From Polyangiaceae bacterium (GTDB lineage: Bacteria; Myxococcota_A; Polyangia; Polyangiales; Polyangiaceae), in assembly GCA_044222475.1 (NCBI GenBank), contig JBGANF010000019.1, positions 1-64,000 of the forward strand: a DNA stretch of 64,000 nucleotides. Direction: 5' to 3'. Under the pieces are notes generated by a model, which saw nothing but the letters and a program-made list of their open reading frames with translations, searched no databases and was not told the origin of the DNA. Every line of letters begins with the position of its first letter. The stretch's first letter is position 1. Made by a program: the position numbers and the translations under genes. This document shows, in pieces, positions 58,497 to 64,000 of the stretch.

Positions 58497-60125
58497 TCAG
58501 TCCCGCGGCACCGAACGCCGTAGCTGGCGGTCGATCTCGTCGGCGGAGACGGGCTTGCCATACAGGTAGCCCTGCACCCGCTCGCACCCGAGCTGCAGGA
58601 GCAAGTCTCGCGCAGACTCGAGCTCGACACCCTCGGCCACGACGCGCAGCGACAGCGCCGCGGCCATCTGCAGCATCGCGCTCACGACGGGTCGTCCGCG
58701 CGGGTCCTCGCCCATGCGCATGATGAACGACCGATCGATCTTGAGCCCGTCGATCGGCAGCTCGTGAAGCGCGGCCAGCGACGCATAGCCCGTACCGAAA
58801 TCGTCCAGCCAGAGAGACGCACCGCACGCGCGGAGCTCCGCGAGGTGACGATCGGTCTTCGCCGTGCGCTCGAGGAAGAGGCTCTCGGTGATCTCGAGGT
58901 GCACCCGATGCGCCGTGTCCCCCGACTCGACGAGGAGACGGCACAGCCGAGCGACGTGCTCGTCGTCGCGGAGCTGCGCCGGCGAGAGGTTCACGCTGAT
59001 CTCGAAATCGGGCCAGCGCTCCGCGTTCGCGAGCGCCTGTCGCAGGACGACCTCGCCGAGGGCGGCGATCAGGTGGTGCGCCTCGGCCGCGGGGATGAAC
59101 TCGGACGGCGGCACCGAGCCGATGGTCTCGTCCGTCATGCGGGCGAGCGCTTCGACGCCGACCGCGGCGTCGGTCTTCAGGTCCCAGATGGGCTGAAAGT
59201 GGACCTCGAGGGCGTGCGACGCGAGCGCCTTGCGGAGCGCGCGCACGACCGCGATGCGGCGGGAGATCGTCCCGCGCATCGCGTTGTCGAACGCGGCGAT
59301 GCGGTTGCGTCCTGCGTCCTTCGCGCGGTGCATCGCGAGCAGCGCATCGCGGAGCGCGTCCTCGGCAGTGTCGCCGGCGACCGGCGTTCGCACGCCGACG
59401 CTCGCGGTGATCTCCGCCATGACCTCTTCGGCGACGAGCTTGCGCGCGCGCTCCGCGGTCTCCTCCGCGACCGCGGGATCGGCGAGGAGCGCGAACTCGT
59501 CGCCACCGATGCGGGTGAGGCAGTGCGCACCGGAGAACGCCTTCTCGAGCTCCTTGGCGACGGTGACGAGCACGACGTCGCCCGCGCCCGGGCCGAGGCC
59601 TTCGTTGACGTGTGCGAAGCGATCGAGCCCGAGGACGATTACCGCCCGCGGCTCGCCGCGCGCGATCGCGCCCCCGATCGCCTCCAGGAGGAGCTCGCGG
59701 GTGCCGAGCCCGGTCAAACGATCCTGCCGTTGCGCGAGACGGAGGTCGTCCTCGACGCGACGACGCTCAGTCACGTCGACGAGGTGCCCCAGAAGGAGCA
59801 TGCGACCGCGCGACTGCACGCGACGAAGCTGGACCAACCCGTAGACGACTTGACCGTCGCTCCGTACGTAGCGGCGCTCGTCGGTGAACGACCCGCTGGC
59901 GCGCTCGAGCATCGCGCGTCGAGCGGCGAGGTTCATCTCGGTGTCGGCCGGCACCCAGAACTCGGCGATGTCGTGACCGACGACCTCGTCGCGATCACGA
60001 CCGAGAAACAAACAGAACGAGCCGTTCGCGTCCAGCACTCCGCCTTGCTCGTCGACGACGACCACCCCCACCGGGTTTTCGTCGAGCAAGAGTCGCCTCT
60101 CGTCCTCGGGTTCGAGGGGTCCCAT
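58497..60125 (-). CDS. PAS-GGDEF-EAL diguanylate cyclase/phosphodiesterase
   Basis: PAS (RSDG...DVTERR), intact GGDEF, EAL, EITE, DDFGTGY, LKIDRSF, AEGVE, QGY; start 60125 or 60152. Confidence 0.92.
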   Translation of the reverse strand: MGPLEPEDERRLLLDENPVGVVVVDEQGGVLDANGSFCLFLGRDRDEVVGHDIAEFWVPADTEMNLAARRAMLERASGSFTDERRYVRSDGQVVYGLVQLRRVQSRGRMLLLGHLVDVTERRRVEDDLRLAQRQDRLTGLGTRELLLEAIGGAIARGEPRAVIVLGLDRFAHVNEGLGPGAGDVVLVTVAKELEKAFSGAHCLTRIGGDEFALLADPAVAEETAERARKLVAEEVMAEITASVGVRTPVAGDTAEDALRDALLAMHRAKDAGRNRIAAFDNAMRGTISRRIAVVRALRKALASHALEVHFQPIWDLKTDAAVGVEALARMTDETIGSVPPSEFIPAAEAHHLIAALGEVVLRQALANAERWPDFEISVNLSPAQLRDDEHVARLCRLLVESGDTAHRVHLEITESLFLERTAKTDRHLAELRACGASLWLDDFGTGYASLAALHELPIDGLKIDRSFIMRMGEDPRGRPVVSAMLQMAAALSLRVVAEGVELESARDLLLQLGCERVQGYLYGKPVSADEIDRQLRRSVPRD

Positions 60126-60219
60126 CCGAAGCCACAGAATAGGGCCCTCCACCCACCATCGGGTAGTGCAAACACGGCGAGCAGAGCCAATCGTTCCGCG
60201 CTACGATGTCGGACGGGGC

Positions 60220-61356
60220 ATGGGAGACGCACGCCAAAAACCGAAAATCTTCTCGGTCGCGATCGAGCTCACCGCGCACTGCAACCAGAAGTGTGACTAC
60301 TGCTACAACGAGTGGCGCGACGACGGCGGCCAAGAGGTCGGCGCGCCGACCGCAAGCGAGCTCGTCGCCCGCGTGCAGAAGCTGCTCGACGCGATCGACG
60401 TCGACCACGTCACCGTCACCGGCGGCGAGCCGTTCGCCCAGCCGGCCGCGTTCCAGCTCCTCGACGAGCTCACCCGGCGCGGCGTCGGCATCCAGATCAT
60501 CTCCAACGGGGGGATGATCACCGACAAGCTGGCCGAGCGCCTGGCTCCCCACCGCGTGCGCTACGTCCAGGTCACGCTCGACGGCCCCACCGCCGCGCTC
60601 CACGAAGAGCACGTCGGCGAAGGTCGCGGTCATTTCGAGAAGACGCTCGCCGGCATCGAGGCGCTCCAACGGCACGGCGTGCCCGTCGTCGGCTGCATCG
60701 TCGTGACGAAGAAGAACGCCGGGCTCGTCGGAGCGACGCTCGAGCTGTGGAGGTCGCTCGGCATCAAGACGATCTCGTTCAGCCGCTTCAGCCCTGCCGG
60801 GTACGCGTCGAAGCACGCCGCGGCGCTGATGCCGTCCGTCGCCGAGGCGACGCTCGCCCTCGAGCAGGCGCTCCCCTTCGCCAAGAGCGGGATGCGGATC
60901 GTCTGTACGATGCCGATGCCGCCTTGCGCAGTCGAAACCGAGCGCTTCGCCCCGATCCAGTTCGGCTCGTGCCCCATCGGCACCTCGATGCAGGAGATCG
61001 CGCTCGGCCCCAACGGCGAGCTTCGAAACTGCACGCTTCATCGTACCAAATTGGGACAAGTGGAGGACATCCTCGCGCTCGAGACCGACGCCGTCGCTCG
61101 GCTCCTCGATGCGCCCGAGCGCACCGAGTACCGCGCGCGCCACCCGGAGTTCTGCACCGGCTGCAAGCACGTGGACACCTGCGGCGGCGGCTGCGGCGCG
61201 GCCGCCGAGTGGCTCCTGGGGGACGCGCGCGCCACACCCGATCCATTCGTTTACCAACACATCGACGACGCCCTCGCGGAACGGCTGCGAGCGGCGAGGG
61301 CCGCGGCTGGAGCCAGCCTCGGCGAGACCAAGCGCCGGCTCGAGGTCATGCCATGA
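60220..61356 (+). CDS. Radical SAM/SPASM-domain peptide maturase
   Basis: CNQKCDYC, TGGEP, SNG, TLDG; SPASM Cys: CPIG...RNC...CTGCKHVDTCGGGC. Confidence 0.9.
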   Translation: MGDARQKPKIFSVAIELTAHCNQKCDYCYNEWRDDGGQEVGAPTASELVARVQKLLDAIDVDHVTVTGGEPFAQPAAFQLLDELTRRGVGIQIISNGGMITDKLAERLAPHRVRYVQVTLDGPTAALHEEHVGEGRGHFEKTLAGIEALQRHGVPVVGCIVVTKKNAGLVGATLELWRSLGIKTISFSRFSPAGYASKHAAALMPSVAEATLALEQALPFAKSGMRIVCTMPMPPCAVETERFAPIQFGSCPIGTSMQEIALGPNGELRNCTLHRTKLGQVEDILALETDAVARLLDAPERTEYRARHPEFCTGCKHVDTCGGGCGAAAEWLLGDARATPDPFVYQHIDDALAERLRAARAAAGASLGETKRRLEVMP

Positions 61357-61658
61357 GTGACGACGATCTCAAGAAGCTGATCCTCTCGCGCCGCGCGAAG
61401 CTCGTCGCCGCCGCGCTCGTGGGGACCGCGATCGCGACCACGCTCGAAGCGTGCGTCTGTCTGTCGGTCGCGGCGGATCCCCCGCCCCCGTCCGATGGCG
61501 GCACCGACGGGGCGCGCAGCGACTCCGGACCGGACGTCAGCGTGACCCCGGCGGACGCAGCCACCGACGTCGCCGTCGACGGAGCACAAGACGCGGCGAA
61601 GGATGCCTCCACCGACGCAGCGAGCGATACGTCCCCTGCCGACGGAGGGAACGGGTGA
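61353..61658 (+). CDS. Putative precursor lipoprotein 1 (101 aa)
   Basis: MSDDDLKKLILSRRAKLVAAALVGTAIATTLEAC-VCLSV...; ATGA overlap with the rSAM stop. Confidence 0.85.
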   Translation: MSDDDLKKLILSRRAKLVAAALVGTAIATTLEACVCLSVAADPPPPSDGGTDGARSDSGPDVSVTPADAATDVAVDGAQDAAKDASTDAASDTSPADGGNG

Positions 61659-61921
61659 GCGACGACGATCTCAAGAAGCTGATCCTCTCCCGCCGCGCGC
61701 GCTTCGTCGCCGCTGCTCTGGCGGCGACCGGTCTCGCGAGCTGCAGCCCGACGCCGTGCCTCGACGTCGTGGTTCCGCCGAGCGACGCTGCGAGTGACGC
61801 CCCGAGCGACGCGGCGAAGGACGCTCCCACGGACGGTCCCCAAGTGTGCTTGGCGCCCATCCAAGAGGACTCCGGAGCCGACGCCGGCGACGGCAGCCCG
61901 AGCGACGCGGGTACTGGCTGA
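61655..61921 (+). CDS. Putative precursor lipoprotein 2 (88 aa)
   Basis: MSDDDLKKLILSRRARFVAAALAATGLASC; PTPCL and PQVCL motifs; GTGA overlap; GGAGG upstream. Confidence 0.85.
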   Translation: MSDDDLKKLILSRRARFVAAALAATGLASCSPTPCLDVVVPPSDAASDAPSDAAKDAPTDGPQVCLAPIQEDSGADAGDGSPSDAGTG

Positions 61922-62178
61922 TGAGCGACGACGAGCTCAAGCGGCGAATCCTCTCGCGGCGCGCGCGCTTCGTCGCCGCCGCGATCGCTGCGAGCACGAT
62001 CGCCGGCTGCGGTACGACGAAGCCGCAGGTGTGCCTGGAGCCCGTCGTGCCCGACGCCTCTGGTGACGCGGCGGGCGACGCACCGGCAGACGCCCCCGAA
62101 GACGGTCCGCAAGCGTGTCTCAAGGTCGCGCCCGACGCCGGCGACGACGCGGCACCCAACGACAGCGGAGCAGGCTGA
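61921..62178 (+). CDS. Putative precursor lipoprotein 3 (85 aa)
   Basis: MSDDELKRRILSRRARFVAAAIAASTIAGC; PQVCL and PQACL; TGATG overlap. Confidence 0.85.
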   Translation: MSDDELKRRILSRRARFVAAAIAASTIAGCGTTKPQVCLEPVVPDASGDAAGDAPADAPEDGPQACLKVAPDAGDDAAPNDSGAG

Positions 62179-62462
62179 TGAGCGACGACGAGCTGAAGAA
62201 GCGCATCCTGTCTCGACGAGCGAAGTTCGTCGCTGCCGCGATCGCCGCCACCGGGATCGCCGCGTGCGGCGGCGAGGTCAGCGGCCCGACCGACGCCGCG
62301 GCCGACGGCCCGAAGGACACCCAAGCCGACGTGCCGCAAGCCTGCCTGAGCGCTCCGATCGACGCTGGCGACGCGGGGCCGCAGCCCTGCCTCGACGTCG
62401 CGCCCGACGCGAGCGACGACGGTCCGCAGCCGTGTCTGATCCCGCCGCTCGACGGGGGCTGA
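62178..62462 (+). CDS. Putative precursor lipoprotein 4 (94 aa)
   Basis: MSDDELKKRILSRRAKFVAAAIAATGIAAC; PQACL, PQPCL, PQPCL; TGATG overlap. Confidence 0.85.
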   Translation: MSDDELKKRILSRRAKFVAAAIAATGIAACGGEVSGPTDAAADGPKDTQADVPQACLSAPIDAGDAGPQPCLDVAPDASDDGPQPCLIPPLDGG

Positions 62463-62794
62463 TGAACGACGAGGAGGCCAAACGTCGCATCCTCGCGCGA
62501 CGCGCGAAGTTCGTCGCCGCTGCCGTCGCGGGCCTCGGCGCAGTGACGGCCTGCGATCAGTGCGGACCCAAGCCGTGCCTCGAGCCGCCGCTGGCGTCGA
62601 CGACTCCACCCGGCCCGTGCCTCTCGGTCTCGACGGTCCCGATGGGTGTCCACGACGGCGCGGTCATCGACCCCGATGCCGCGCCCCCACCGCACCCGTG
62701 CCTCAGCATCATCCGCCCGGTCGACGACGGCGGGATGCCTATGCCTTGCCTCAGCGGAATGGCGCCGCCACCCAAGCCGTCCTCGAAGCCATGA
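62462..62794 (+). CDS. Putative precursor lipoprotein 5 (110 aa)
   Basis: MNDEEAKRRILARRAKFVAAAVAGLGAVTAC; PKPCL, PGPCL, PHPCL, PMPCL; TGATG overlap. Confidence 0.85.
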   Translation: MNDEEAKRRILARRAKFVAAAVAGLGAVTACDQCGPKPCLEPPLASTTPPGPCLSVSTVPMGVHDGAVIDPDAAPPPHPCLSIIRPVDDGGMPMPCLSGMAPPPKPSSKP

Positions 62795-64000
62795 AGCGCG
62801 ACGTCCCGCGCGTCCTCCTGATCTGGCCCGGCGGTCTGTTCCAAGGCGGCGGCAACTTCGGCGTGCCCCAGCTCCTGTCGATCGCCGGCGCGATCCGCCA
62901 GGCCACGGACGCCGAGGTCGACATCCTCGACTTCGATCTCGAGCGCGCGTTCGGTCCCGTCGACCTGAAGAAGATCCTCGCCCAGGGCTACGACCTCGTC
63001 GGCATCTCCTGCTACTCCTCCTACGACTTCCTCAAGGTCGAGGAGCTCGCCAAGCAAGTCCGCGACGAGCTCCCGAGGGCGTGGATCGCCTGCGGCGGCT
63101 ACCACGCGAGCGCCCGCCCGAACGAGTTCGGCGAACCGTTCGACTTCGTCGTCGTCGGCGACGGCGAAGCGCCGATGGCCCGCCTCGCGAGCGCGGTCGT
63201 CAGCGGCAAGCGTCCGCTGAATCGCGTGCTCGGTCCCGAGTCGGTACCGGACCCCAACAGCCTCCCGCCCTACGACTGGTCGCTGCTCTCGCGCTACCAA
63301 CCGATCGCGCGCAAGCAGGCGTCGCAGGCCGAGATCTACCTCTCGCGCGGCTGCCCCTACGATTGTGCATTCTGCATGGAACGCGCGAAGCGCGACGTAT
63401 CGTGGCGCGCGCTCGACGCGGAGCGCGCCATCGAGGAGATGCACTCCCTCGATCGCTTCCTCGATCTCAGCCGGTTCACCCTCTTCATCGCCGACGCGCT
63501 GTTCGGGATGAAGTCCGCATGGCGCAAGGACTTCCTGGAGCGACTCGCCAAGCGCCCGGTGCGCGCGCGCAAGGTGTGGCTCCTCATCCGCATCGATCTC
63601 GTCGACGAAGACGACTTCGCGCTCATGGCGAAGGCCAACGTGTCGCCCGGGTTCGGCCTCGAGTCGGGCGACCCCGAGCACCTTCGCCGCATCCGCAAGG
63701 CCGGCAAGCTCAACGACTACCTCGACAAGATGTTTCGGATCGCCGGGTGGGCGCGCAAGTACCACGTCCCCTTCGGCGCCAACGTGATCGTCGGTCACCC
63801 CGGAGAGACCGAAGCGACCCTGCGAGAGAGCGCGAAGTACTTGAAGCGGCTCTTCGTCGAGGACGGCCCGATGACGATGGGCTTTCTGTCCGTCGATCCG
63901 TTCCGCCTCTACCCCGGCTCGCCGATCGACGAAGAGCGCGCAACGTGGGAGGCCGACACCGGCATGAAGGTCCACCGCTACCCCTGGTGGCAGGACGGCG
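62791..64000 (+). CDS. Cobalamin (B12)-dependent radical SAM enzyme, partial (runs off the window)
   Basis: Translated by hand: MKRDVPRVLLIWPG...DLVGISCYS...GGYHAS...GDGE...SRGCPYDCAFC...GLESG...IVGHPGET...YPGS; ATGA overlap with precursor 5; missing from the ORF track. Confidence 0.9.
   Translation, partial: MKRDVPRVLLIWPGGLFQGGGNFGVPQLLSIAGAIRQATDAEVDILDFDLERAFGPVDLKKILAQGYDLVGISCYSSYDFLKVEELAKQVRDELPRAWIACGGYHASARPNEFGEPFDFVVVGDGEAPMARLASAVVSGKRPLNRVLGPESVPDPNSLPPYDWSLLSRYQPIARKQASQAEIYLSRGCPYDCAFCMERAKRDVSWRALDAERAIEEMHSLDRFLDLSRFTLFIADALFGMKSAWRKDFLERLAKRPVRARKVWLLIRIDLVDEDDFALMAKANVSPGFGLESGDPEHLRRIRKAGKLNDYLDKMFRIAGWARKYHVPFGANVIVGHPGETEATLRESAKYLKRLFVEDGPMTMGFLSVDPFRLYPGSPIDEERATWEADTGMKVHRYPWWQDG

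Noticed and set aside
60220..61356. SPASM enzyme as PqqE, NirJ/Ahb or anaerobic sulfatase maturase
   Set aside because: No pqq or ahb/nir genes are adjacent and hemC is 54 kb away. The nearby sulfatase-like protein lacks CxPxR. The gene is instead coupled to the peptide array.
61353..62530. Regularly spaced direct repeats as a CRISPR array
   Set aside because: The repeats are degenerate at synonymous positions, encode a peptide leader, and are spaced 260-300 bp apart; no cas genes are present.

Overview
Very GC-rich bacterial chromosomal window. Gene content (Ser/Thr kinases, DUF4388 and receiver proteins, vWA lipoproteins, Asp/Ala-rich lipoprotein linkers) points to a myxobacterium, probably Polyangiaceae-like (inference). 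Most of it is housekeeping, envelope and signalling genes: udk, hemC, mpl, tsaE, folE, mlaE, cysS, dnaA with DnaA boxes and an AT-rich tract but no dnaN, miaE, and two tRNA-Ser genes. There is a small island carrying an antitoxin, a ParE/RelE toxin and an Imm30-like immunity gene. The standout is at the right edge (60220 to beyond 64000): a translationally coupled operon of a radical SAM/SPASM enzyme, five tandem paralogous 85-110 aa proteins, and a cobalamin-dependent radical SAM enzyme that is truncated by the window end and absent from the ORF track. The five small proteins share a conserved leader (M[SN]D[DE][DE]xK[KR]xIL[SA]RRA[KR][FL]VAAA), a lipobox-like Cys and repeated P-x-x-C-L motifs. 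This looks like a RiPP-like system that modifies multi-core lipoprotein precursors, and I cannot assign it to a characterised class. Other signals include many -10 boxes placed 6-8 nt before start codons (leaderless mRNAs), hexamer microsatellites, a 37-bp inverted repeat between the tRNAs and a 39-bp dispersed REP-like repeat. All calls come from reading motifs by eye; no database searches were run. Start codons were re-picked where the ORF track over-extends.
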